NCBI GenBank assembly: GCA_045863395.1
Contig: BTVJ01000052.1
Span: forward strand, 1 to 50,377
DNA length: 50,377 bases
Source of the DNA: Myxococcales bacterium
Lineage (GTDB): Bacteria > Myxococcota_A > UBA9042 > JABWCM01 > BTVJ01
Direction of reading: 5' to 3'
The notes beneath the pieces were generated by a model. It made no database searches, was not told the origin of the DNA, and saw only the letters and a list, made by a program, of their open reading frames with translations. Of this stretch, positions 29,832 through 39,431 are shown in pieces. The position numbers and the translations under genes were made by a program. Positions within the stretch are counted from its first letter, which is position 1; every line of letters begins with the position of its first letter.

Positions 29832-30638
29832 ATGGCCAACAGACCCATCCTCGACGGCGCCGTCCAAGTGTATCAGGTCCAAGGAGGTACCAGGAAGCTC
29901 GTGGGAGTCGGCTTCGGCGAGCCGTCCACGGACACGGACCGGTGGTTCATCCACACGGGCACGGCGCCGACCATGACCTCGACCAACGCCACCCGCACCA
30001 CCTTCGAGCCCCTCGCCGGGCAGGACCTCAACAACCGCTGGACCCTCTCCACCTGGACGACGAAGTCCAACCCGGCGAGCAGCCACGACTCCGGCGACGA
30101 CTCCACCGTCGCCCACAACCCGGCTCCCTACCTGCGGCACCGGGCGTCGAACTTCAAGTACATCAAGAGCGCCGTGGACTCCATGGCGGGCATCCCCACC
30201 GAGTCCACGTTGATCTCCCGCATCCCCGTTCCCTTCGACGAGGACGGCGAGCAGCCGTCGGGCAGATCGGCTCAGGTGGACCCGGGCTTCTACCGGGTGT
30301 TCCCCATCGACCAGTACGGCGTGGTGATCCCGAACTCGACGGCCATCGCCCGGGTGTTCGTGCCCAGCGTCGATCCTGACGGGGCGCCGGAGGGGATCAC
30401 CCAGGACCCCCACTCGCTGGACATCTGGTTCATCAAGGACCGCGGCACCTTCCCCGCGCCGCCCGACGGCTACGGGTACATGATGGAGATCGACTCGACC
30501 TCCGGGGCGCCCACGTCCACCACGTCCCTCGCCGACGTGCTGACCTGGGTGCGCAACCTGAGCGGGTATGGCACTGCCTCCGCCACCTGCATCGTGGTCT
30601 CGACGGCCTACTACAACACACGTCCCGCCACGCCCTGA
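29832..30638 (+). CDS. Hypothetical protein
   Basis: GGAGG RBS at 29821; strong GC3 codon bias; no family recognised. Confidence 0.8.
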   Translation: MANRPILDGAVQVYQVQGGTRKLVGVGFGEPSTDTDRWFIHTGTAPTMTSTNATRTTFEPLAGQDLNNRWTLSTWTTKSNPASSHDSGDDSTVAHNPAPYLRHRASNFKYIKSAVDSMAGIPTESTLISRIPVPFDEDGEQPSGRSAQVDPGFYRVFPIDQYGVVIPNSTAIARVFVPSVDPDGAPEGITQDPHSLDIWFIKDRGTFPAPPDGYGYMMEIDSTSGAPTSTTSLADVLTWVRNLSGYGTASATCIVVSTAYYNTRPATP

Positions 30639-30774
30639 TCACCGCTGCCGCGGCCCGGGGGCCCATCTGCCGTGCGGTTGGTTCCCCCCCGTCGGTTGCC
30701 TGCACGCCCCCCGATGCGTCACCATGCCCGCCGGCCCCAGGGGCCCGTGACCACCATGAAGAGAGGAGACCGAC

Positions 30775-31458
30775 ATGAGAGTCCAGTTGGCGCTGGTGTT
30801 GCTGCTCGCAGTGGGGTGCAAAGGGGGCGACGCGAAGGGGGCTGATCCTCCGGCGGGCGCGAAGGTGGGAGCGGCCACCGCGGGCGCACCCGCGGAGGGG
30901 AGCGCGTCCGCTGCCGGTCCCGTCGCGGTCGGCCAGGAGGCGCCGGACTTCACGCTCGACGACCTGGACGGCAAGCCGGTCCGTCTGCGCGACCACCGCG
31001 GCAAGGTCGTGGTCGTCGAGTGGTACAACCCCGACTGCCCCTTCGTGAAGCAGGCGCACGGTGAGGACGGCACCCTCAAGGGAATGGCGCAGCGCAACGC
31101 AGAGAAGGGCGTCGTGTGGCTGGCCGTCAACTCCGGCGCCCCCGGGAAGCAGGGAGCGGGCGCCGAGCGCAACCGGGCCTCGGTGGAGGAGTATGGCATC
31201 TCCTACCCCGTCCTGCTGGACGAGGCGGGCACGACCGGGCGCGCCTACGGGGCGACCGCCACGCCGCACATGTTCGTGATTGATCCGGCGGGAAAGCTGG
31301 TCTACGCAGGCGCGCTCGACAACAAGCCCCTGGGCAAGGTCAAGGGCGACGCCTACGTCGCCTACACCCAGGACGCCATCGACGCCGCCCTGGCGGGTCG
31401 GCCGGCCCCGACCCCCACCACCCAGGCCTGGGGTTGCTCGGTCAAGTACGCGGACTGA
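30775..31458 (+). CDS. Redoxin/AhpC-TSA thioredoxin-like lipoprotein
   Basis: Lipobox AVGC; APDFTLDDLDGK, EWYNPDCPFV, YGATATPHMFVID, GCSVK. Confidence 0.88.
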   Translation: MRVQLALVLLLAVGCKGGDAKGADPPAGAKVGAATAGAPAEGSASAAGPVAVGQEAPDFTLDDLDGKPVRLRDHRGKVVVVEWYNPDCPFVKQAHGEDGTLKGMAQRNAEKGVVWLAVNSGAPGKQGAGAERNRASVEEYGISYPVLLDEAGTTGRAYGATATPHMFVIDPAGKLVYAGALDNKPLGKVKGDAYVAYTQDAIDAALAGRPAPTPTTQAWGCSVKYAD

Positions 31459-31484
31459 CGCCTGCGGCCGACCCCCAATGCGGG

Positions 31485-33053
31485 TTACCCGGCCGCGAGG
31501 GCGGCGTCCAGCTTTGCCAGCGACCGCTCCCCGCCGAGCAGCGCCAGCAGGGTGCCGAGGCGCGGGCCGCTGGGCGAGCCGGTGAGCGCGTGGTACAGGA
31601 CGGAGAACCACTGGCGGAGCTGGAGCCCGTGGGCCTTCCCCACCTCGTAGCTCAGGGTCTGGAGCGCCTCCGCGTCCTCGAAGCCCAAGGTGACCAGCTC
31701 GGAGCGCAGCGCAGCGACGGCCGCCCGCTGGCCCTCGTCCAGGGCCAGCGCCGTGGCCGCGCGCCGCTTCGGCTCCAGCACCTCCCGGTCGTAGGCCAGG
31801 GCGTAGCCGACCAGCTCCCGCGCGAAGGCGGCGTCCCGCGGGTCCACCGAGACCCGCGAGGCCTCCAGGTAGCCGTAGACCGCGTCGGCGTCGCCGATGC
31901 CCAGCGCGCCGACCAGGCTGACGAGCAGCGAGAAGTCGAAGTCGCTGTGCCAGGTCCAGGCGTGGTTGCGCTGCGCCGCCTGCGTGGTCTCGCGCATCAT
32001 GCGGACGACCTCGCCCGGCTCCTGGGCCTCGGCGCGCATGGCCGCGAGCAGCTCGTCGACGGACTTGGGGACGATCTCGAGCCCGATGCGCCGCGCCTTG
32101 CGGGGCGGCTTCGTCAGGAACGCGAGGATCGCGTCGTCGGGGGCGTAGGAGCGCCAGGTCTCCAGGGACACGCCGTTGCCGATCTTCTTGGAGATCTTGC
32201 GCCCCTCCTCGTCCAGGAACATCTCGTAGAAGGTGCCCGCGGGGGGGCGAGACCCCAGCAGGCGTACGATCTTCGCGCTGATGTCCGCCGACTCGATGAG
32301 GTCCTTGCCGTACATCTCGTAGTCGACGCCGAGCGTCCACCACCGGAGCGCCCAGTCGATCTTCCAGCCGACCTTGACCCGCCCCCCGGTGACCGGCGTG
32401 GTGGCGGTGTGCCCGCAGCCAGACGCGCCCCCGAAGGGTGTGTTGCAGGCGTAGGAGAGCGCCCCCGCCGCCGGGTCCACCGAGGTCACCGTGGTCGTGT
32501 AGCGCCCACAGGCCTCACAGATGGGCAGGAACGGGCTCCAGGCCACGCGGGTCTCGGGCTGGAGCGTGGGCAGCACCACGTCTTTGACCTGCGCCTCCAC
32601 CGACAAGAGCCGCTGCAGGCCCTCGTCGAAGGTGCCGCTTGCATAGCACTCGCTGGAGGTCATGAACTCCGTGTCGACGCCCATGGCGTGCACGAACTCC
32701 CGGAGCTTGCCGATCATGTGGGCGCTGTAGCTCGCCGCACGGCCGTACGGGTCCGGGATGCGAGACAGCGGCTTGCCCAGGTGCTCCCGCAGCATCTCAC
32801 GGTTCGGGACGTTCTCGGGGACGCTGCGCAGCCCGTCCATGTCGTCGGAGAAAGCGACGAGGCGGGTCGGGACCTCGGGGTGATCCTGCGCGAAGGCCCA
32901 CCGCACGAAGGCGGTGCGCGCAACCTCCGCGAAGGTGCCCAGGTGCGGCAGCCCGGACGGGCCGTACCCCGTCTCGAACAGCACGGGGCGGTCGGCGCGG
33001 CCCCCCACGTGCTTCATTGCCAGCGCTGCTTCGTCGTGCCACCACTCTGCCAT
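31485..33053 (-). CDS. lysS: Lysine--tRNA ligase, class I
   Basis: ETGYGPSGLPHLGTF (HIGH-like), SDDMDGLR, KVGWKIDW, YGKDL, KISKKIGNG (KMSKS-like), GPRLG. Confidence 0.93.
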   Translation of the reverse strand: MAEWWHDEAALAMKHVGGRADRPVLFETGYGPSGLPHLGTFAEVARTAFVRWAFAQDHPEVPTRLVAFSDDMDGLRSVPENVPNREMLREHLGKPLSRIPDPYGRAASYSAHMIGKLREFVHAMGVDTEFMTSSECYASGTFDEGLQRLLSVEAQVKDVVLPTLQPETRVAWSPFLPICEACGRYTTTVTSVDPAAGALSYACNTPFGGASGCGHTATTPVTGGRVKVGWKIDWALRWWTLGVDYEMYGKDLIESADISAKIVRLLGSRPPAGTFYEMFLDEEGRKISKKIGNGVSLETWRSYAPDDAILAFLTKPPRKARRIGLEIVPKSVDELLAAMRAEAQEPGEVVRMMRETTQAAQRNHAWTWHSDFDFSLLVSLVGALGIGDADAVYGYLEASRVSVDPRDAAFARELVGYALAYDREVLEPKRRAATALALDEGQRAAVAALRSELVTLGFEDAEALQTLSYEVGKAHGLQLRQWFSVLYHALTGSPSGPRLGTLLALLGGERSLAKLDAALAAG

Positions 33054-33078
33054 GATGCCTCCTCGGTCAGGGGTCACG

Positions 33079-33108
33079 TGGTTACCCCAGGCAGGCAGGG
33101 CGCGTCAA
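33079..33108 (-). promoter_or_regulatory. Candidate lysS promoter (TTGACG-N18-TAACCA)
   Basis: Motif 25-55 bp upstream of the start; the -10 box is imperfect. Confidence 0.35.
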
Positions 33109-33307
33109 GGGGCGGTCGCGGGACATGGATCGCGCCGTGCCACCGGCTGGCATGAATCGGCCATTGACCGGCGCCGGGACATGAGCCACTCTCCCGGTCA
33201 CTGGTGACACCGCGGAATTCAGGCCCCAGGCGTGGTGGGGATCCGCGTCTGATCGCCCCCTCGGCCGCGAGAAGGCGTCCGGCGGCCCCAACAAGCAGGA
33301 GCAACCC

Positions 33308-35671
33308 TTGAGTGACATACGGAGAACCCTCGCGCTGCTCATCGTCGCGGGCTGCGCCGGCTCGGAGGAGCCGGCCGCGACGGGCGGGGACACGGCGTCC
33401 GGTGAAGAGTGCTACACGTTGACCGACGGCCGCTGCGTGGAGGAGACCTTCAGGAACCCGGCCGTCCTGGCGCCCAACGCCGAAGGGGTCTACGAGCTGG
33501 AGCTCGCGCCCACGGAGGTGCTCATCGACGGCAAGCGCCAGTGCGTCCGCGCATACAACGGGCTGTTCCCCGCGCCCACCATCGACACCCCGGCGCAGGC
33601 GGGGGGCAAGGCCCGCCAGGTGCGCGTGAACATCCGCAACAAGTTCACCAAGGCCGACATGCAGTCGCTCAGCCATGCCGGGTGTACGTGCACCGACGGG
33701 AGCGGCAAGTCTTGCACTCCGTCGGGCGGCCATGGGTCCCACGCAGACTGCACGTGCACGACCTCATCCGGGGGGGAGTGCCACCTGTTCGACTTCAACC
33801 TGACGAACCTGCACGCTCATGGATCGCACGTGCGGCCCGACTACTCCGTCGGGGGCGGATGCGAAGAGAAGGACGGGCTCAAGTGCCGGGTGTGCAACGG
33901 TAATGGGGCGGACGGCCCCCGCGAGTGCTTCTTCGCCGACGACGTGATCAGCCAGGTGAAGCACGGCACGGGCCACCAGCACCGGTGGGACATCGACGAG
34001 GACGGGGTCCACCACGAGGGCCTGCACTGGTATCACCCGCACATCCACGGCAGCACCGCCATCCAGGTGGCCTCGGGGGCGACCGGCGCGTGGATCGTCC
34101 GGGGTCCGGTGGACTCCCTCCCCGGCATCGAGAAGGCCAAGGAGCGGGTGTTCGTGATCATGACGCCGCCCATCGACTACGAGCCCCTCCCGGACGGCCA
34201 GGCCTGCGACGAGGACCACATCACGTTCAACGACTTCGTCACTCTCGGGGACACGTCCAAGAAGCAACACAACCTGCTCAACGGCCTCCGCCAGCCGCGG
34301 CTGATCATGCCGCCGGGCCAGATCGAGCGGTGGCGCTTCCTGCACGGGGCCTTCCTCGACGAGATGACCATCGCCGTCTTCAAGGGCAAGGACACGGACT
34401 GCAAGAATCTCGACTTCGCCGCAGGCCCCGTGGCCCTGACGCAGATCGGTCGTGACGGGCTCACCCTCCCGAAGCCCCCCGACGGCGCAGACTGGCCCTT
34501 TGCGCCCCCGTACATGTTCCTGTCGCCGGGGTATCGAATCGACGCGCTGCTCGACGGCAGCAAGCTGAAGGACGGAGACACCCTCTGCATGATGTCGGGC
34601 CGCTTCCTCCAGGCGGACACCACGGGCACCACCGATATCGCCGTGGGTCTGACGAAGGCCCCGACCGTGGACGAGATCCTCCAGCTCACGACCAACGGCG
34701 ATCTCATCGCCATCGTCAACGTGACGGCGAGCGCTGGGACGCCGACCGAGACGGAGATGCCCGACCTGGAGGAGGTCGCCAAGCACACCCCGAGCATGAA
34801 GCTCCAGGGCGGCACGGTGGACGCGCTCGAGCGGTGTGCGGAGGTCCAGGCCATCACGGACCCGGCCAAGATCGACCAGGTCTCCGCCATGTGGATGATC
34901 TTCGCCAAGAACGAGGGCCTCGACGACTGCTCCTGCCCCGACCACAACCTCAACTGCAAGAACTTCGAGTCCATCGACCGGGAGCGCTACCCCCTGGACC
35001 GGGTGTTCACCCTCGGGGCGGTCGACCACTGGCGCCTGCTCGCCGGCTTCGACGGGCACCCGTTCCACATCCACATCAACCCGTTCCTCGTGTGCCCGCT
35101 GCCGCCCGCCGGCAGTCAGGATCACAACACCAAGTCGCGTCTGTTCGAGCCGCCGTTTGCCCACTGGCGCGACACGTACCTGGTGAATCTGGACCGGACG
35201 GTGGATCTGCTGACCGAGTATCGTGGCTTCGGCGGCACCTACGTCTACCACTGCCACAAGCTGAATCACGAGGACCACGGCATGATGGAGCTCGTGCGAA
35301 TCTGCGACCCGGCGAAGGAGTCCTGTGACACACTCTGCTCCGGCGGGAAGTGCGCCTGGAACGTCTGCGCCGCCGGAGACACGGACTGCGAGCGGGCGCT
35401 GGCCGGGACGGAGTGCTTCCTGGACCCGTCCCGTTGCCCGGAGGCGATCCTCCGCTGCACCCCCTGCCAGGGAGACTCCATGTCGTGTCCGCCCGACGCA
35501 TTCTGTGCCGAGACGCCGAGCCCTGACGGGGTTCAGCGCTGCGTCCCTGGGTGTACGGAGGACTCACACTGTCCCCCCACGGCCGCGTGCAAGGGCGGCG
35601 AGTGTGTCCCCGCGCCCTGCGCCCCGCCGTGCGGGCCCGGCAAGGCCTGCGTCCACGGGGCCTGCGAGTAG
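33308..35671 (+). CDS. Multicopper oxidase lipoprotein with Cys-rich insertions
   Basis: Lipobox VAGC; Cu motifs NLHAHG, WYHPHIHG, HPFHIH, YHCHKLNHEDHGMM; TTG start with AGGAG RBS. Confidence 0.9.
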   Translation: MSDIRRTLALLIVAGCAGSEEPAATGGDTASGEECYTLTDGRCVEETFRNPAVLAPNAEGVYELELAPTEVLIDGKRQCVRAYNGLFPAPTIDTPAQAGGKARQVRVNIRNKFTKADMQSLSHAGCTCTDGSGKSCTPSGGHGSHADCTCTTSSGGECHLFDFNLTNLHAHGSHVRPDYSVGGGCEEKDGLKCRVCNGNGADGPRECFFADDVISQVKHGTGHQHRWDIDEDGVHHEGLHWYHPHIHGSTAIQVASGATGAWIVRGPVDSLPGIEKAKERVFVIMTPPIDYEPLPDGQACDEDHITFNDFVTLGDTSKKQHNLLNGLRQPRLIMPPGQIERWRFLHGAFLDEMTIAVFKGKDTDCKNLDFAAGPVALTQIGRDGLTLPKPPDGADWPFAPPYMFLSPGYRIDALLDGSKLKDGDTLCMMSGRFLQADTTGTTDIAVGLTKAPTVDEILQLTTNGDLIAIVNVTASAGTPTETEMPDLEEVAKHTPSMKLQGGTVDALERCAEVQAITDPAKIDQVSAMWMIFAKNEGLDDCSCPDHNLNCKNFESIDRERYPLDRVFTLGAVDHWRLLAGFDGHPFHIHINPFLVCPLPPAGSQDHNTKSRLFEPPFAHWRDTYLVNLDRTVDLLTEYRGFGGTYVYHCHKLNHEDHGMMELVRICDPAKESCDTLCSGGKCAWNVCAAGDTDCERALAGTECFLDPSRCPEAILRCTPCQGDSMSCPPDAFCAETPSPDGVQRCVPGCTEDSHCPPTAACKGGECVPAPCAPPCGPGKACVHGACE

Positions 35672-35672
35672 G

Positions 35673-36560
35673 TCACGCCCGCGGGCCCGCCATGCTCCGC
35701 ACCACGTCGACCACCGCCCTGACCCGCGGGATGTCCGCGAGCACCTCGGGCACGACCAGGAGCAGGCTCCGCGATCGCCCGATGACATCGGCGAGGACTG
35801 GCACCAGCGGCGCCTCGTCCAGGACCCCGGGGGGTAGCCTCGCGTCGGGGACGTAGGCGATGCCGGCGCCGCGGGCCGCCATGAGCCGGAGCAGGTGGAC
35901 GTCCGCCGTGACGTAGCGCGGGCTCACCGGCACGAGCTGTCCGTCGAGGGTGGGCAGGAGCTCCGGTGCGCCCTCGGGGCTCGACCACACGAGCAGGTCG
36001 TGAGCGGCCAGCCCGGCCGGGGTGGTGGGATTCCCCCGCTGGTCCAGGTACTCCGGGCTCGCCACCAGCCACTCTCGCGTCTTCGCCAGCTCCAGCACCT
36101 CGACGCCCTGGGTGGGGACGGCCGCGTCGAAGGTCACCGCGACGTGGGCGTCGCCCGCGAGGTGATCCACGGGTCGCGCGCTGAGCTGGAGGTCGAAGCG
36201 CAGTCCGGGCCAGAGCCGCATCATCGTGTGGGCGACGGCGGCGAGGGCGGGAGTCGGGAGCCCCACCGGGGCCACGACGCGCAGCTCACCCGTGGGCACC
36301 GCGTTGAGCTCGCGGATGGAGCCGAGCAGCACACGCGCCTGCTCGAGCACCGCCCGCCCGCGCTTCGCGAGGAGCTGTCCGGTCCAGGTGGGCTCCGCGC
36401 CCTGGCGGGTCCGGTGGATGAGCGGCGCGCCGACGGACGCCTCCAGCTCCTCCAGGTGGCGCCTGACCGTGGCCCGCGCCACCTTGAGCCGCGCCGCGGC
36501 CCCCTGCACGCTCCCCGTCTCGACCACCGCCAGGAACGTCGTGATCGCCTCCAGGTCCAT
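35673..36560 (-). CDS. LysR family transcriptional regulator
   Basis: MDLEAITTFLAVVETGSVQGAAARL HTH; LIHRTRQ; PTGELRV; VASPEYL. Confidence 0.9.
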   Translation of the reverse strand: MDLEAITTFLAVVETGSVQGAAARLKVARATVRRHLEELEASVGAPLIHRTRQGAEPTWTGQLLAKRGRAVLEQARVLLGSIRELNAVPTGELRVVAPVGLPTPALAAVAHTMMRLWPGLRFDLQLSARPVDHLAGDAHVAVTFDAAVPTQGVEVLELAKTREWLVASPEYLDQRGNPTTPAGLAAHDLLVWSSPEGAPELLPTLDGQLVPVSPRYVTADVHLLRLMAARGAGIAYVPDARLPPGVLDEAPLVPVLADVIGRSRSLLLVVPEVLADIPRVRAVVDVVRSMAGPRA

Positions 36561-36577
36561 GGCGCGACCCTCCGTGG

Positions 36578-37792
36578 CTAGGCCAGCACGTCCTTGAACA
36601 TGAACACCACCTGCATGACCCCGGCCCCCATGCCGAGCACCGCGCCGGCGAGGATCAGCTTCCACTCGTCCTGCTGGAAGGCGGGCCGCAGCACCCCCTC
36701 GAAGCTCTCCGGGTCCAGCTCCACCATCTGGGTGATGAGCGCGTTCTTGATGTCCACGGCCTTGCTGGCGAAGACGTGGAGAACGCCGCCCTTGCGCGGC
36801 AGCTCGTCCTCCACCCGCTTGAGCACGTCGGCCTGGAGGTCCGTCGCCACGTCCGGCCCCAACATCATGGCCATCGGGTGTTTGCGGTACTTGTCGATGA
36901 GCTCCCGCACCCGCGCGCCGACGATGGCGAGCAGGCGCTCCCGCGCGGGGCCGCTGGTCATGGTGGTGACGATGTTGTCCGGGCTGAGCACGTCGGCGGC
37001 GACCATGGTCGCGAACTCGTGGCTCACCTCGCGCTGGCGCTTGTGGAAGAGCCCCTGGATGATCAGGCGGCCCACCCGGCGCGGGTACCGGGGCTCGAAG
37101 ATCAGCTTGAGGGCGAGCCAGTTGGTCAGGTAGCCCACGAAGAAGCCGGCGAGCGGGAGCATCCACCACGCGGGCCATACCACCCACACCGCCATCTGGA
37201 GGATCCCGAAGGCGAAGCCGAACCAGATGCCGGACCGGGCGATGAACGTGAACTCCTTGCTCCCGACGCGCAGGAACATCTCGCTGATCAGGCGCCTGTC
37301 CCGGCGCACCGCGTCCACCGTCACCTTCTGGAGGTCGAGCACCTCGTCGATTCGCTCCTGGAGGTCGCCCAACATGCGGGCGGCGGCCTCCTCCACCTCG
37401 GCGCGCACCATGGCCCGCACCTGCCCCTGCGCCGCCGGGGCGAGAGCAGCCCACATGGCGGGGGCGCGCTTGTCCGCGACCTCGGTGATCACCTCGTCGG
37501 TGATGCGGTCGATGACCTCGGTCAGCTCCCGCACGAAGCTCTTTGGGTCGAACCCAGAGAGCAGTGCCGGAAGGCTGAGCAGCCGCTCCGCGATGAGCTT
37601 GGAGGCGAAGCCGGCCATGCGGATCGCGTTGGCTGGGATGATGCCCTGCCACCCGAGGAAGGGGCGAATTCCAATGAAGTCGATTGGATAGAACATCATC
37701 TTGATGGCGAGCACGTTCGTGAACCACCCGACGAACGCGCTCACGAAGGGGATGAGCAGCACCATCCAGTGCTGCGACAGGAAGTCCATCAT
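36578..37792 (-). CDS. DUF445 family membrane protein
   Basis: VGWFTNVLAIKMMFYP, WQGIIP, VGYLTNWLALKLIFEP, FEGVLRPAFQQDEWKLI. Confidence 0.85.
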   Translation of the reverse strand: MMDFLSQHWMVLLIPFVSAFVGWFTNVLAIKMMFYPIDFIGIRPFLGWQGIIPANAIRMAGFASKLIAERLLSLPALLSGFDPKSFVRELTEVIDRITDEVITEVADKRAPAMWAALAPAAQGQVRAMVRAEVEEAAARMLGDLQERIDEVLDLQKVTVDAVRRDRRLISEMFLRVGSKEFTFIARSGIWFGFAFGILQMAVWVVWPAWWMLPLAGFFVGYLTNWLALKLIFEPRYPRRVGRLIIQGLFHKRQREVSHEFATMVAADVLSPDNIVTTMTSGPARERLLAIVGARVRELIDKYRKHPMAMMLGPDVATDLQADVLKRVEDELPRKGGVLHVFASKAVDIKNALITQMVELDPESFEGVLRPAFQQDEWKLILAGAVLGMGAGVMQVVFMFKDVLA

Positions 37793-38009
37793 TCGCTGTG
37801 CTCCAAGGGTGGGCCCACGGCGGGCCCGGGCGGCAGATGGTAGCAGGACCGGGCCGGAGCGCAACCAGGGACGGATGCGTGAGCAGCGCGCGATCTGGCG
37901 TGCGCGGGAGAAATCGCAAGGAAACAGGAACATGCGGGAGCGTGGTTGGCGGAGGGGGCCACAGCGCGTTAGCGTGCCCCTCCTCAACCCTCACCCATCG
38001 AGGTGCACC

Positions 38010-38777
38010 ATGTCCGACATCCTTGGATCCTTTCAATGGTACGAGCTGATGACCACCGACACCGAGGCTGCCAAGGCCTTCTACACGGAGGTCGTCGGCT
38101 GGCGGACCCAGCCCTTCGAGGCGGGCGGCATGCCCTACACCATGGTAGTGGCCGGAGAGGAGCCCATCGGCGGCCTGTGCACCCTGCCCGAGGAGGCCAA
38201 GGCCATGGGCGCTCCCCCCCACTGGCTGGCCTACGTGGGCACGCCCGACGTGGACGCCACTCTGGCGACGGCCCAGGAGCTGGGCGCCCGCGTGTACTTC
38301 GGCCCCATGGACGTCCCGACCGTCGGCCGCGTCGCGATCATCGCCGACCCCCACGGCGCGGTGATCGGCCTCTACACGCCCGAGAGCGGGGGAATGGACC
38401 ACGGCGAGGGGCTGGGCAAGATGGCCTGGCACGAGCTGATGACCGGCGACGTGGACGCGGCCCTCGGCTTCTACGGCACCCTGTTCGGGTGGGAGAAGAC
38501 CGAGTCCATGGACATGGGCCCCGAGCACGGCGTCTACCAGATGTACGGCAAGGGCGGGAAGACCCACGGCGGCATCATGCGCGCCCCGCAGGGCTTCAAC
38601 CCCGCGTGGCTGTACTACGTGACGGTCGAGGACATGGCCGCGACCCTCGACCGGGTCAAGTCCCACGGCGGGAGCGTGGCCAACGGGCCCATGGAGGTGC
38701 CCGGAGGCGGGCTCGCCGCCCAGTGCGTGGACCCGCAGGGGGCGTTCTTCGCGCTGTTCTCCGCTCCGAAGGGCTGA
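38010..38777 (+). CDS. VOC/glyoxalase family protein, two-domain
   Basis: Duplicated W(Y/H)ELMT.D and DP.GA motifs. Confidence 0.9.
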   Translation: MSDILGSFQWYELMTTDTEAAKAFYTEVVGWRTQPFEAGGMPYTMVVAGEEPIGGLCTLPEEAKAMGAPPHWLAYVGTPDVDATLATAQELGARVYFGPMDVPTVGRVAIIADPHGAVIGLYTPESGGMDHGEGLGKMAWHELMTGDVDAALGFYGTLFGWEKTESMDMGPEHGVYQMYGKGGKTHGGIMRAPQGFNPAWLYYVTVEDMAATLDRVKSHGGSVANGPMEVPGGGLAAQCVDPQGAFFALFSAPKG

Positions 38778-38782
38778 GGCGG

Positions 38783-39343
38783 TCAGAAGTAGAAGTTGAA
38801 GCCCGCGCCCCCCGAGAAGCCGCCGTCACCGATGCCCAGGTTGAAGCCCTGGTTACCGGCGGCCAGCGGGTTCCCGTCCTCACCGATGATGGTCAGCGTG
38901 ATCCCGACATGCCCGTAGAGGGAGAAGTGCTCGCTCAGGAAGTACTCGCCCTCGATGGGGATGTCGAACTGCACGCCGAAGATCGTGTCCGCCGCTCCGG
39001 GATCCCTGATGCCCATGTTGAAGCGCAGCCCGAAGTTCAGGTTGGCGTCGTCGGCCCGCGCGATGGCGTAGAGCGCCTGGAGCGCGATGACGACGGTGCT
39101 CTGCACGTCGCTCTCGTTGTTGTTCTTCGGGTCGTCCTTGTCGGGGAAGAAGAAGTTCATGCCGAAGATGGTCCCGAGCTTCAGGTTCCCGATCCAGTAG
39201 TTGAGCCCGAGGCCCGTGACCCCCGACGTGAGGCTCTGGCTCAGCCCGACACCGAACTTCCCGTTCATGTCCTTTGCGGACGCGGGCGTGGACAGGCCCA
39301 GTGCCGCGCAGAGCGCCACGGTGAGCGCCAGCTTCCTGATCAT
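38783..39343 (-). CDS. Small outer membrane beta-barrel protein
   Basis: Signal peptide; alternating amphipathic strands; ends AGFNFYF. Confidence 0.8.
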   Translation of the reverse strand: MIRKLALTVALCAALGLSTPASAKDMNGKFGVGLSQSLTSGVTGLGLNYWIGNLKLGTIFGMNFFFPDKDDPKNNNESDVQSTVVIALQALYAIARADDANLNFGLRFNMGIRDPGAADTIFGVQFDIPIEGEYFLSEHFSLYGHVGITLTIIGEDGNPLAAGNQGFNLGIGDGGFSGGAGFNFYF

Positions 39344-39431
39344 GGAGTCCTCCTTTGCCGCTGTGCGGCGTCAGTGGAGCTCGACCATAGCGCCGGACCG
39401 AACGAGGGTCGAGTTTTCGGCGCAGACACGC

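Noticed and set aside
36561..38666. Apparent 997-aa LysR fusion
   Set aside because: The upstream part overlaps the DUF445 and VOC genes in other frames; LysR starts at 36560.
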